From Nitratireductor sp. (GTDB taxonomy: Bacteria > Pseudomonadota > Alphaproteobacteria > Rhizobiales > Rhizobiaceae): a stretch of DNA of 64,000 bases. This document shows, piece by piece, positions 1 through 8,493 of this stretch; positions within the stretch are counted from its first letter, which is position 1, and every line of letters starts with the position of its first letter. Where the stretch lies: NCBI GenBank assembly GCA_020441665.1, contig JAGRLT010000073.1, forward strand, positions 33,254 to 97,253, written 5' to 3'. The notes under the pieces are model-generated. The model did no database searches. It saw only the letters and a list, made by a program, of their open reading frames with translations, and had not been told where the DNA came from. A program made the translations under genes and the position numbers.

Positions 1-902
1 TGCTCGCCTTCGCCGTCGACCGGCTGGTGCAGCGACGCCAGGTGGCGCTGCTTTCGGCCCGCTCGGTGGTCTACCAGCCCAAGCCCGATCGCGGCTTCGA
101 CTGGCTGTGCTTTGCCTATTGCGGGCTCATCGCCTTCTTCATCCTCGCCATTCTGGGCATTTGCCAATTCGCCGCCCTGGTGAAGTTCTGGCCCTACGAT
201 CTGAGCCTGAGCCTGAAGAACTATGCCTTCGACCTGATGGATGGCGGCGGCTGGCAGGCCTATCGCAATTCCATTCAGCTCGCCCTGTTGACCGCGGTCT
301 TCGGCACCATCGTCGTCTTTGTCGGTGCCTATATGGTGGAGAAGACGGACGGCTTTCTCGCCGGCCGCACCCTGTTCCAGTTCCTCGCCATGATGCCGAT
401 GGCCATTCCCGGCATGGTGCTCGGCCTCGCCTACATCTTCTTCTTCAACAATCCGGCCAATCCGCTGCACTTCATCTACGCGACCATGGCGATCCTGGTC
501 CTGTCGACCATCACCCACTTCTACACGGTTTCGCATCTGACCGCCGTCACCGCGCTCAAGCAGATGGACAACGAGTTCGAATCCGTCGCCTCCTCGCTCA
601 AACAGCCCTTCTTCAAGCTGTTCGCCCGGGTCAGCGTTCCGGTCTGCCTGCCGGCGATCCTCGACATTTCGATCTATCTCTTCGTCAATGCCATGACGAC
701 GGTTTCCGCCGTGGTCTTCCTCTATTCGACCGATACGGCGCTCGCTTCGATCGCGGTCCTGAACATGGACGATGCCGGCGACATCGCACCGGCCGCCGCC
801 ATGGGCATGATGATCTTCTATACCAACGTCGCCGCCCGCACGGCGCACGCCTTCATCTCGAACAGCGTGCTCAAACGGACCCAGGCCTGGCGGCTGAGAT
901 AG
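1..902 (+). CDS. ABC transporter permease, 3' part of a gene that begins upstream of the window (FbpB/PhnU-like two-domain permease)
   Basis: The reading frame is open to the window edge (LAFAVDRLVQ precedes listed ORF 27..902). There are several hydrophobic TM segments and an EAA-type permease loop (ALKQMDNEFESVASSLKQPFFKLFARVSVPVCLP). Confidence 0.75.
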   Translation, partial: LAFAVDRLVQRRQVALLSARSVVYQPKPDRGFDWLCFAYCGLIAFFILAILGICQFAALVKFWPYDLSLSLKNYAFDLMDGGGWQAYRNSIQLALLTAVFGTIVVFVGAYMVEKTDGFLAGRTLFQFLAMMPMAIPGMVLGLAYIFFFNNPANPLHFIYATMAILVLSTITHFYTVSHLTAVTALKQMDNEFESVASSLKQPFFKLFARVSVPVCLPAILDISIYLFVNAMTTVSAVVFLYSTDTALASIAVLNMDDAGDIAPAAAMGMMIFYTNVAARTAHAFISNSVLKRTQAWRLR

Positions 903-945
903 CAGCCGGCCGATTGGCACCCATGATTGCCGCTCATTCCGGCCG

Positions 946-2502
946 TCAGTAAAGCAGCGCCGGAAGAAAGGTCGCGAGCGAGGGAAACAGCGCCACGACC
1001 ACGAGCGCCAGCATCTGGATTGCCACGAAGGGGATGATCGCCAGATAGATGTCGCGGGTTCTGACCGCTGCCGGCGCGACGCTGCGAAAATAGAACAGCG
1101 CATAGCCGAAGGGCGGCGTCAGGAAGCTCATCTGCAGGTTCATCGAGATCAGGATGGCAAACCAGACCGGATCGACGCCGGCCATCATCAGCGGCGGTGC
1201 CGCCACCGGCACGACGATGAAGATGATCTCGACGAATTCGAGGATGAAACCGAGCAGGAAGATCACCGCCATCACGGCGAAGAGCGCGACGGGAACGCCG
1301 CCCGGCAGGTCGAGCAGAAAGCCGCGCACCCGGTCATCGCCGCCCAGGCCGCGAAAGACCAGCGACAGCAGCGTGGCGCCGAGCACGATCAGGAACAGCA
1401 TCGATGTCAGCGTCGCCGTGGTGAGCAGCACCGGCACGAGACGGCCCGTCACAGTTTCGCGCCGGATCGCCAGCAGCATGCCGCCGACCAGCACGATCAG
1501 CGCCGCCGCCGCCACGGCCATCAGCACCGGTGAAGCATGCGCGCCGCCCAGCAGCTTGACGACCAGCAGAACCATGGCGGCGGGCAGTGTTCCAAGCAGC
1601 AGGCGGCGCTGCCAGCGCGGCCCTTCCTCGCCGTCGAGCGCCACCATGATCAGCGCGCCCGAAGCCCCCAGCGCCGCGCTCTCCGTCGGCGTCGCGATCC
1701 CGCCCAGGATCGATCCCAGCACCAGCAGGATCAGCAGGAGCGGCATGACCAGGCTTTTGACGATGCCGGCGGTCGAAGCCGTGTCGCCGCCCTGCGCCGC
1801 ATCTTGCGGCCGCAACGCGGGGCATGTATCGGGCCGCAGCCGAGACAGGACGAAGACATAGATCAGGTAGAAGCCGACCAGCATCAGGCCCGGCAGCAGG
1901 GCGCCGGCGAAGAGATCGCCGACGGTTACCGGCTCGGGTGAAAAATCGCCCGCCAGTCGGCGCCCGGCCTGATAGGCGGCCGAGACCTGATCGGCAAGCA
2001 GGATCAGCAGGATCGAGGGCGGTATGATCTGGCCGAGCGACCCCGATGCGCAGATCACGCCGGCGGCAAGGCGCGGCGAATACTTCGCCGACAGCATGGC
2101 TGGAAGCGCGATCATGCCGAGCATGAAGATCGTCGCGCCGATGACGCCGGTCGATGCCGCCAGCAGGGCACCGACAAGGATCACCGCATAGGCGATGCCG
2201 CCACGCCGCTCGCCGCACAGCGCGCCGGCCGCCAGCATCATGCGCCGGGCGATATCGGACTTTTCCAGCAAGGCCCCCATGGCGACGAAAAGCGGCAGCG
2301 CCACGAAAACCGGATTGGTCAGCACGCCGAAAGCGCGCGCCGGAAAGGCGGTGAGAAAGGCCGGATCGAAGCTTCCCGCCGCGATCCCCGCCAATGCCAC
2401 CAGGGTCGGCACGCCGAGCAGCACGAAACCGACCGGAACACCGCTCAGAATGCCGGTAATAAGACCAAGGACGAGCAGGACCGCGAGCAGTTCAGGGCCC
2501 AT
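946..2502 (-). CDS. dctM: TRAP transporter large permease subunit (DctM family), 518 aa
   Basis: Polytopic protein starting MGPELLAVLLVLGLITGILSGVPVGFVLLG, typical of a DctM N-terminus. I chose the ATG at 2502. The upstream 47 codons of ORF 946..2643 are the dctQ tail repeat read in another frame. The start overlaps the dctQ stop by 11 nt. Confidence 0.85.
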   Translation of the reverse strand: MGPELLAVLLVLGLITGILSGVPVGFVLLGVPTLVALAGIAAGSFDPAFLTAFPARAFGVLTNPVFVALPLFVAMGALLEKSDIARRMMLAAGALCGERRGGIAYAVILVGALLAASTGVIGATIFMLGMIALPAMLSAKYSPRLAAGVICASGSLGQIIPPSILLILLADQVSAAYQAGRRLAGDFSPEPVTVGDLFAGALLPGLMLVGFYLIYVFVLSRLRPDTCPALRPQDAAQGGDTASTAGIVKSLVMPLLLILLVLGSILGGIATPTESAALGASGALIMVALDGEEGPRWQRRLLLGTLPAAMVLLVVKLLGGAHASPVLMAVAAAALIVLVGGMLLAIRRETVTGRLVPVLLTTATLTSMLFLIVLGATLLSLVFRGLGGDDRVRGFLLDLPGGVPVALFAVMAVIFLLGFILEFVEIIFIVVPVAAPPLMMAGVDPVWFAILISMNLQMSFLTPPFGYALFYFRSVAPAAVRTRDIYLAIIPFVAIQMLALVVVALFPSLATFLPALLY

Positions 2503-3076
2503 GGCGAACCTCGCCAGGGTGGGCCTCGCCAGGGTGGGCCTCGCCAGGGTGGGCCTCGCCAGGGCGTACATCATCTGGGCGCGCCGCGTCCTGCTCACTG
2601 TCCGCATAGGGCGCCCGGCGCAGGGCAAGCAGCAATCCGGCAAGGGCGAGAACGGCGAAGAACAGGGTCAGCACGGTCTTCAGCAGGAACACGCCGGGAA
2701 GCCCGCCGGCGCTGGCCGAGCCCTCCAGCACCTGCCAGGACTGAAGCGTCGCGCCGAGCGATGCCCAGGCCGCGCAGGCCATGGACGGACAGAGCAGCAA
2801 CAGCAGCGCCAGCCGGTCGACGAGCCGCCGCCGGCCCCTGAGCCAGCCAGCATAGAACAGATCGACCCGCACCCCCGAATTGCCGGTCACCACCAGCAAC
2901 CCCGGCAGGGTCGCGATCAGCAGGAACAAGAACACCGTCAGGTCGAGCGACCAGGGCCAGCCGGCGGAAAACACATAGCGCAGCACGACGATCATGAGTT
3001 GCAGCACGATGAGCGCGGCGATCAGCCATCCGCCCGCTGCGGCAAGCCCCCTGCTGACGGCCGACAGAAATCGCAT
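2492..3076 (-). CDS. dctQ: TRAP transporter small permease subunit (DctQ family), 194 aa, with a C-terminal (HPGEA)n tail
   Basis: MRFLSAVSRGLAAAGGWLIAALIVLQLMIVVLRYVF... has four hydrophobic helices and sits directly upstream of and overlapping dctM. Internal Met57 of ORF 2492..3244 was chosen as the start. Confidence 0.8.
   Translation of the reverse strand: MRFLSAVSRGLAAAGGWLIAALIVLQLMIVVLRYVFSAGWPWSLDLTVFLFLLIATLPGLLVVTGNSGVRVDLFYAGWLRGRRRLVDRLALLLLLCPSMACAAWASLGATLQSWQVLEGSASAGGLPGVFLLKTVLTLFFAVLALAGLLLALRRAPYADSEQDAARPDDVRPGEAHPGEAHPGEAHPGEVRHGP
2511..2566. repeat. 15-bp tandem repeat (tcgccagggtgggcc), 3 full copies plus a partial one
   Basis: Read directly: identical units at 2511-2525, 2526-2540 and 2541-2555, then a partial copy. 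The repeat is in frame and encodes the HPGEA repeats of the DctQ tail, just 5' of the dctM start codon. Confidence 0.9.
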
Positions 3077-3107
3077 CAACTCCACTCCCGGCGCCGCCCC
3101 TGCCGGC

Positions 3108-4625
3108 TCAGCCTTGCACAAACAGGTCCCGATAGCGCTCGCGCAGAATATTCTTCTGCACCTTGCCCATCGTGTTGCGCGGCAATTCATCGACGACGAC
3201 CAGCTTGCGCGGATGCTTGAACCGCGCCAGCCGGCCGGCGGCACTGGCGAGCACCGCCGCCATATCGAGCCCGCCGCCCGGTACCGCGACCAGCACGCCG
3301 ACGACCGTCTCGCCGAAATCGGGATGCGGCACGCCGATCACCGCGCTTTCCAGCACACCCGGCTCCTCGTCGAGCACAAGCTCGATTTCCTTGGGATAGA
3401 TGTTGTAGCCGCCGGAAATGATCAGGTCCTTGTTGCGGCCGACAATGTGAACATAGCCGTCCTCGTCCACACGGCCGAGATCGCCGGTGATGAAGAAACC
3501 GTCGGCCCGCAGTTCAGCCGCCGTCTTGTCCGGCATCTGCCAATAGCCCTTGAACACGTTGGGGCCGCGCACCTCGATCTGCCCGACCGCGCCGGCGGCC
3601 ACCGCGCCGCCCGTCTCCGGATCGGTGATTTTGAGTTCCACCCCCGGCAGCGGAAAGCCGACCGTGCCGGCGCGTCGTTCGCCGTCATAGGGGTTGGAGG
3701 TGTTCATATTGGTCTCGGTCATGCCGTAGCGCTCCAGAATGCGGTGCCCGGTGCGCGCCTCGAACTGCAGGTGGGTCTCGGCAAGCAGCGGCGCGCTGCC
3801 GGAGACGAACAGCCGCATATGGGACACGCATTCTCGCGTCAGCCGGGGATCGGACAGCAGCCTGGTATAGAAGGTCGGCACCCCCATCATCGACGTTGCC
3901 CGCGGCAGTTCGGCGAGGATGGCATCGAGATCGAATTTCGGCAGGAAGATCATCGCCCCGCCGGTGACGAGGATTACATTGCTGGCGACGAACAGGCCAT
4001 GGGTATGAAACACCGGAAGAGCGTGCAGCAGCTCGTCATCGCCCGAAAACCGCCAGATGTCGGCCAGCGTGATCGCGTTGGAAAGCAGATTGGCCTGGGT
4101 CAGCATCGCCCCCTTGGAGCGGCCCGTCGTGCCGGAAGTATAGAGAAAGGCGGCGAGATCGTCCTCGCCGCGCGCCACCGTGGCGAAGTCCGCCGGCTGG
4201 TCCGCCGCCAGATCGCTCAGACTGCCCGAACCGCCGCCGTCGAGCGTCAGCACCGAGGCGCCATGGCGGCTGGCGACCGGCGCCAGTTGCGCCAGGTTGC
4301 CGGGATCGCAGATCAGCAGCCCGGCGCCGCTATTCTCCACGAAATAGGCCACTTCCTCCGCGGTATAGGCGGTGTTGAGCGGCAGGAAGACGATGCCCGA
4401 CTGCACACAGGCGGCATAGAGCGCCAGCGCCTCGGGCGATTTCTCGACCTGAACGGCCAGCCGGTCGCCGGGGGCCAGTCCCTGCGTGGTCAGGACATGG
4501 GCAAATTGCGCCGCCCTTTCGAGGAACTGCCGGTAGCTGATCCGCTTTCCGTCCCGCAGATGCAGAAACGGCTTCTCGCTGCCGGCATGCCTGCCGAAAA
4601 GCTGGTCATAGAGGGGGTTGCTCAT
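3108..4625 (-). CDS. matB: Malonyl-CoA synthetase-like acyl-CoA ligase (AMP-binding family), 505 aa
   Basis: AMP-binding motif LYTSGTTGRSKGAMLT. The N-terminal block GDRLAVQVEKSPEALALYAACVQSGIVFLPLNTAYT closely resembles rhizobial MatB as I remember it. Start MSNPLYDQLF at 4625. The 183-codon upstream extension of ORF 3108..5174 was rejected. Confidence 0.8.
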   Translation of the reverse strand: MSNPLYDQLFGRHAGSEKPFLHLRDGKRISYRQFLERAAQFAHVLTTQGLAPGDRLAVQVEKSPEALALYAACVQSGIVFLPLNTAYTAEEVAYFVENSGAGLLICDPGNLAQLAPVASRHGASVLTLDGGGSGSLSDLAADQPADFATVARGEDDLAAFLYTSGTTGRSKGAMLTQANLLSNAITLADIWRFSGDDELLHALPVFHTHGLFVASNVILVTGGAMIFLPKFDLDAILAELPRATSMMGVPTFYTRLLSDPRLTRECVSHMRLFVSGSAPLLAETHLQFEARTGHRILERYGMTETNMNTSNPYDGERRAGTVGFPLPGVELKITDPETGGAVAAGAVGQIEVRGPNVFKGYWQMPDKTAAELRADGFFITGDLGRVDEDGYVHIVGRNKDLIISGGYNIYPKEIELVLDEEPGVLESAVIGVPHPDFGETVVGVLVAVPGGGLDMAAVLASAAGRLARFKHPRKLVVVDELPRNTMGKVQKNILRERYRDLFVQG

Positions 4626-4761
4626 TGCCTGTCTCTTGCGGTCCGGTACGATTGTACTCCGGCGATTAGTAGCCCCGCCGCCGGATTTTGCAAACCGCCA
4701 AGACCGCGCCTGCATGAAAAGCGGAAACCGTGCCGATCCCGGCAACCGGTCCCGAGGCGCA

Positions 4762-4788
4762 AGAAAAAGGCGGCCCGAAAGCCGCCTT
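4762..4788 (-). terminator. Rho-independent terminator after the SBP gene
   Basis: On the minus strand: GGCGGC-TTTCGG-GCCGCC stem-loop (8-bp stem AAGGCGGC/GCCGCCTT) followed by TTTTTCTT, about 25 nt after the stop at 4814. Confidence 0.65.
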
Positions 4789-4813
4789 CCCGATTTTTCG
4801 ATGGATCCGCCGC

Positions 4814-6415
4814 CTATGAGGCGAACCACCAGCGCTCGGTGGCGCGCAGGCCGTCCAGATCCCAGTTTGCGGCGACGTTCTCGCCATGCTGGACCTTGTC
4901 GCTGTGGCCCATGATGTAGTTGTTGAACAGCGGAACGATCGCGCCGCCATCGTCGCGCAGCAGAACCTGCGTCTCCTTGTACATCTCGGCGCGCTTGGCC
5001 TCGTCGAGCTCGGCCTTCGCGGCCTTGGTGAGCTCGTTGAACTTCTTGGCCGCGTCGGTGTCGCGCCAGGCCGTGTCGTTCCACTCGGTATCCGCCACAT
5101 AGGCCGAGGCATACATCCAGTCGATCGTCGGCCGGCCGGACCAGTAGCAGGCGCACCAGCCCTTCTTGTTCCACACGTTCGACCAGTATCCGTCGGTCGG
5201 CTCGCGCACCACTTCGATGTCGATGCCGGCTTCCTTGGCAGACGCCGCGATAAGCTGCGCCGCATCGACGGCGCCGGCAAAAGCGGCATCGGAGGCCGAA
5301 AGCTGGATCGTGCCGCTATGGCCCGACTTCTTGTAGTGCTCGGCGGCTTTCTCCGGATCGAATTCACGCTGCTCCAGCGCCGCGTAATACGGCATGGAGG
5401 GCGAAACCGGCACATCGTTGCCCAGCGAGCCATGGCCCAGCAGGATCTTGTCGACCAGTTCCTGACGCTTGATCGACAGTTTCAGCGCCATGCGCAGATC
5501 GTAATTGCCGAACGGATCGACATCGAGGCGCATCGGGAAGGTGTAGTGCGCCGTACCGGAAGTCTCCAGGATCTTGATCGCCGGATTGCGCGAGATCAGC
5601 GCCACCGTCTTCGGGTCGACGCGGGTGATGACATCCACATCGCCGTTCATCAGCGCGTTCTGGCGGGCGGTGACATCGATGATCGACAGGATTTCGACCT
5701 CGTCGAAATGCGCCTTGCCTTCCTTCCAGTAATTGGGATTGCGCTTCAGCGTCACGCGCACGCCGGGATCGAATTCCTCGAGGACATAGGCACCCGTGGC
5801 CACCTTGCCGTTCGGGTCGATCTTGCCGTCGGCGGCCGGCAGGATCAGCAGATGGTAATCGCTGATCAGATACGGGAAGTCGGCATTGGGCGCGTCCAGG
5901 GTGAAAATGACGTCGTCGCCGTCCTTCTTGATATCGGTGACGCCGGACAGGACGCCCTTGGCCGCCGATTTCGAATCCTCGCCGCGATGATAGTTGATCG
6001 AGGCGATGACATCGTCGGCATCCATCGTCTTGCCGTTGTGAAACTCGACGCCCTTGCGCAGCTTGAACACCCAGGTCTGGGCATCCTTCGAATCATAGCT
6101 TTCCGCAAGTTCGGGGACCAGCTTGCCGCTCTCGTCGACCTCGGTCAGAAAGTTGCCGCGCGCAAAGCCGGTACCCGTCGAAAAGTCGTTTTCATAGGTG
6201 CCGGGGTCGAGCGAGTCGGTCGTCGAACCATGCGCCAGCCCGATGCGGAACTTGCCGCCCTTGTTCGGGGTCATGGCCATTGCCTTGTCGGCCATGGAGA
6301 AAGCCGCGGGCAAGGCGACACCGGCCGCCAGCGCCCCCATGATGAACTGACGACGGTCGATCTGACGCTCCGTCAGCAGTCTGGCTTGCTTGTTCAGGTA
6401 GTTGTCCCTGCTCAT
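4814..6415 (-). CDS. ABC transporter substrate-binding protein, family 5 (peptide/nickel/opine type), Tat/Sec signal, 533 aa
   Basis: N-terminal RRQFIMGALAAGVALPAAFS signal. The length and overall sequence pattern are typical of family-5 SBPs. No permease or ATPase gene is adjacent. Confidence 0.85.
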   Translation of the reverse strand: MSRDNYLNKQARLLTERQIDRRQFIMGALAAGVALPAAFSMADKAMAMTPNKGGKFRIGLAHGSTTDSLDPGTYENDFSTGTGFARGNFLTEVDESGKLVPELAESYDSKDAQTWVFKLRKGVEFHNGKTMDADDVIASINYHRGEDSKSAAKGVLSGVTDIKKDGDDVIFTLDAPNADFPYLISDYHLLILPAADGKIDPNGKVATGAYVLEEFDPGVRVTLKRNPNYWKEGKAHFDEVEILSIIDVTARQNALMNGDVDVITRVDPKTVALISRNPAIKILETSGTAHYTFPMRLDVDPFGNYDLRMALKLSIKRQELVDKILLGHGSLGNDVPVSPSMPYYAALEQREFDPEKAAEHYKKSGHSGTIQLSASDAAFAGAVDAAQLIAASAKEAGIDIEVVREPTDGYWSNVWNKKGWCACYWSGRPTIDWMYASAYVADTEWNDTAWRDTDAAKKFNELTKAAKAELDEAKRAEMYKETQVLLRDDGGAIVPLFNNYIMGHSDKVQHGENVAANWDLDGLRATERWWFAS

Positions 6416-6532
6416 ATGTGATTTCCTCCCGATATTGAACAGTTCACGGCTGTCACACCAACAGCATTTCAGTCGTCACCCCACACTAGTACCAATCACG
6501 TCCCATCGTCAAAACCCCTCCCCCCGCCGGTG

Positions 6533-6574
6533 CTCCCCGACTGGCGCTCCCCGACTGGTGCCCCCCGACTGGCG
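6533..6574. repeat. 14-bp tandem direct repeat x3 (ctccccgactggcg / ctccccgactggtg / ccccccgactggcg)
   Basis: Read directly. It is intergenic, about 120-160 bp upstream of the SBP start codon. Confidence 0.9.
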
Positions 6575-6726
6575 CCCAACAGCACCTCATGGGAAATAGG
6601 GCGACGATGCCCGCCAGCAAGCCGGCAATCGCGATCGGCCCGCTTCGGGGCGATACGATCTAACTTATCCGCGAAGTCTTCCTTTCGTGATGGCCATTTG
6701 CGACATTGCCATGTCACAAGGGCGAA

Positions 6727-6748
6727 TGATTGACTGATCAGTCAATCA
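6727..6748. promoter_or_regulatory. 22-bp perfect palindrome TGATTGACTGATCAGTCAATCA (candidate operator)
   Basis: Read directly. The sequence equals its own reverse complement. It is AT-richer than its surroundings and lies in the intergenic region between the fdh-operon terminator and the SBP promoter region. Confidence 0.6.
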
Positions 6749-6769
6749 AGCACTCTGGCCGAAGTCAAT

Positions 6770-6796
6770 TCAAAAATCAACCTCTGCCGGGCAGAG
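6770..6796 (-). terminator. Possible rho-independent terminator at the end of the fdh operon
   Basis: On the minus strand: CTCTGC-CCG-GCAGAG hairpin, then GTTGATTTTTG. The stem is short (6 bp), so support is modest. Confidence 0.4.
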
Positions 6797-6852
6797 CGGC
6801 AATCGTCGGGCTGCCTCGGCCCTCAGACGCCGGCCATGCACGGGCCGGCGCC

Positions 6853-6981
6853 CTATTCTCCGAGCCGCACGGCCGGCCCCGAACTGCTTTCGGCCGTCGA
6901 AAAACCCATCTGGCCGAGCACCAGGTCGGCGCATACCGCAATGACGAATATGGCGCCAAAGGCAAACAGCATGCTTCTCAT
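6853..6981 (-). CDS. Small hydrophobic protein (42 aa), hypothetical
   Basis: MRSMLFAFGAIFVIAVCADLVLGQMGFSTAE... contains one predicted TM helix. A strong SD (AAGGAAGGA) lies a few nt upstream of the ATG at 6981. It sits between the fdh gamma subunit gene and the putative terminator. I recognise no homologue. Confidence 0.35.
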   Translation of the reverse strand: MRSMLFAFGAIFVIAVCADLVLGQMGFSTAESSSGPAVRLGE

Positions 6982-7149
6982 GGGTTCCTTCCTTTCTCTC
7001 CCGTCCCCGTGGATGTGGCCTGTTTCAGGAAGGCGGCGGGATCGGCCCGCTCCCGCGTATTGCCTGTGCGCCAAACGGCGGAAATGTTCCCTATGGCGTC
7101 ATCGATCGCCGGCTGGCCGCCGCCAGGGACGATGCGCCATGGCTCGATG

Positions 7150-8391
7150 CTATTCCGCCGGTTGCGCCTTTCTGAGCACCTTGCCCGCTTCGCGCGCTTC
7201 TGCTTCGCGCACTTCCTCAAGCCACAGGCTGTGATGCTCGCGCGCCCATTGCTCCTCGACTTCGCCCGTTCCCATCGCTTCGAACGCACCCTCCATGCCG
7301 ATCGTGCCGATATAGATATGGGCGATGATGATCGCCATCATGATAAAGGCGACGATGCCGTGCCAGATCTGGGCGAATTGCATTTCTTCCTGGGGCGCCA
7401 ACTGCTCCGGCAGGTGCCCGAGCCCGAAGAGACCGGAAATGCCCAGGGCATTGAGCTTTTCAAACGTACCGGCAAACAGCGGCAAATCGAACGGAAAGAG
7501 CAGCGAAAGCCCGGATGCCGACACCGACAGGCCGAGAAGGACCACCGACCAGAAGATCAGCTTCTGGCCGGCATTGAACTTCCTCGCCGGCGGATGGCTG
7601 TGCTTCGACAAAATGCCGCCGCCCTTGGCGAGCCAGTTGAGATCGGTGCGGTCGGGCAGATTGTGCACGATCCACAGCACGCTCACCAGGACGAGGCCGA
7701 GCATGAAGGCCCAGGAGACGTTGTTGTGCAGCCATTTCGAGCCGATCGCCAGCGTCGAAAAGGCGTCCTTGCCGAACAGCGGTATCAGCACGAAGCGGCC
7801 CGACAGCGAAATCAGCCCGGTCAGCGCCAGCAGGATGAACGAGCCCGCCAGGAGCCAGTGGCCGAACCGCTCGACTGGGTTGAAGCGGGTGACCGTGCGG
7901 CCGGTCTTCTTGCCTTCGATCTTGATGCGTCCGCGCAGCAGGTAGAAGACCAGCAAGAACAGCACCATCGCCGCGAGTAACAGGCTGCCGAGGGTGAGCA
8001 GCGGCCCCTTGCGCCATTTGAGCCAGCGCATGCCGCCATCCTGTATCAACACCTTGGCAGCCGGATTGTCGGTCGAAACCGTGACATCGGCCGAGCCATA
8101 GCGCAGCGCCCGCCACAAATCCGGATCGGACGCGCCGCCCAGCGTGCCCAGTTGCGAAGAAAGCGGCGGCGCCGAGTTCGGATCGCCGGTCTCCTCGCGG
8201 CGGAAACGGTCGTCAACCGCCTCGCCGCGCTGGCGCCGCAAGATGTCTTCAAGCGTCTGTGCGCCGCCGGTCGCCGAGCGATCGACCGCCTCCGCCGATC
8301 CGCTCTCCTGGGCACTTGCCGCGCCGGACAGGACCGGCATCTGCGCCAGGAGCGCTGCAAGGACAAAAAGCGCGACGATCAACCGGGCCAT
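7150..8391 (-). CDS. fdnI: Formate dehydrogenase gamma subunit (cytochrome b) with an N-terminal periplasmic extension, 413 aa
   Basis: Signal peptide MARLIVALFVLAALLAQMPVLSGAASAQ. The C-terminal half has four TM helices with the conserved His pattern typical of FdnI/FdoI-type cytochrome b. It lies directly downstream of the beta subunit gene. Confidence 0.8.
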   Translation of the reverse strand: MARLIVALFVLAALLAQMPVLSGAASAQESGSAEAVDRSATGGAQTLEDILRRQRGEAVDDRFRREETGDPNSAPPLSSQLGTLGGASDPDLWRALRYGSADVTVSTDNPAAKVLIQDGGMRWLKWRKGPLLTLGSLLLAAMVLFLLVFYLLRGRIKIEGKKTGRTVTRFNPVERFGHWLLAGSFILLALTGLISLSGRFVLIPLFGKDAFSTLAIGSKWLHNNVSWAFMLGLVLVSVLWIVHNLPDRTDLNWLAKGGGILSKHSHPPARKFNAGQKLIFWSVVLLGLSVSASGLSLLFPFDLPLFAGTFEKLNALGISGLFGLGHLPEQLAPQEEMQFAQIWHGIVAFIMMAIIIAHIYIGTIGMEGAFEAMGTGEVEEQWAREHHSLWLEEVREAEAREAGKVLRKAQPAE

Positions 8392-8493
8392 GACCGGCTC
8401 CTTCCTGAAATATGCTGCACGTCAATCAGGGCGGCCCGAGGCCGCCCCGCTGCCTCCCGCAAAGCGGGGAGAATTGACAGTTGCATGAAACCG

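Noticed and set aside
2503-2643. An N-terminal extension of dctM containing ARPTL repeats
   Set aside because: It is the dctQ (HPGEA)n DNA repeat read in another frame. The DctM-like sequence starts at MGPELL (2502).
4626-5174. A 183-codon N-terminal extension of the matB ORF (3108..5174)
   Set aside because: The extension is Arg-rich and overlaps the SBP gene's 3' end and its terminator. The MatB-like alignment begins at MSNPLYDQ (4625).
8429-8468. Two small GC-rich stem-loops between fdnH and fdnI (GGGCGGCC-CGA-GGCCGCCC and CCCGC-AAA-GCGGG)
   Set aside because: These are probably ordinary intercistronic mRNA structures. They have no T-tract, and the downstream fdnI clearly belongs to the same operon, so they are not called as terminators or regulatory elements.
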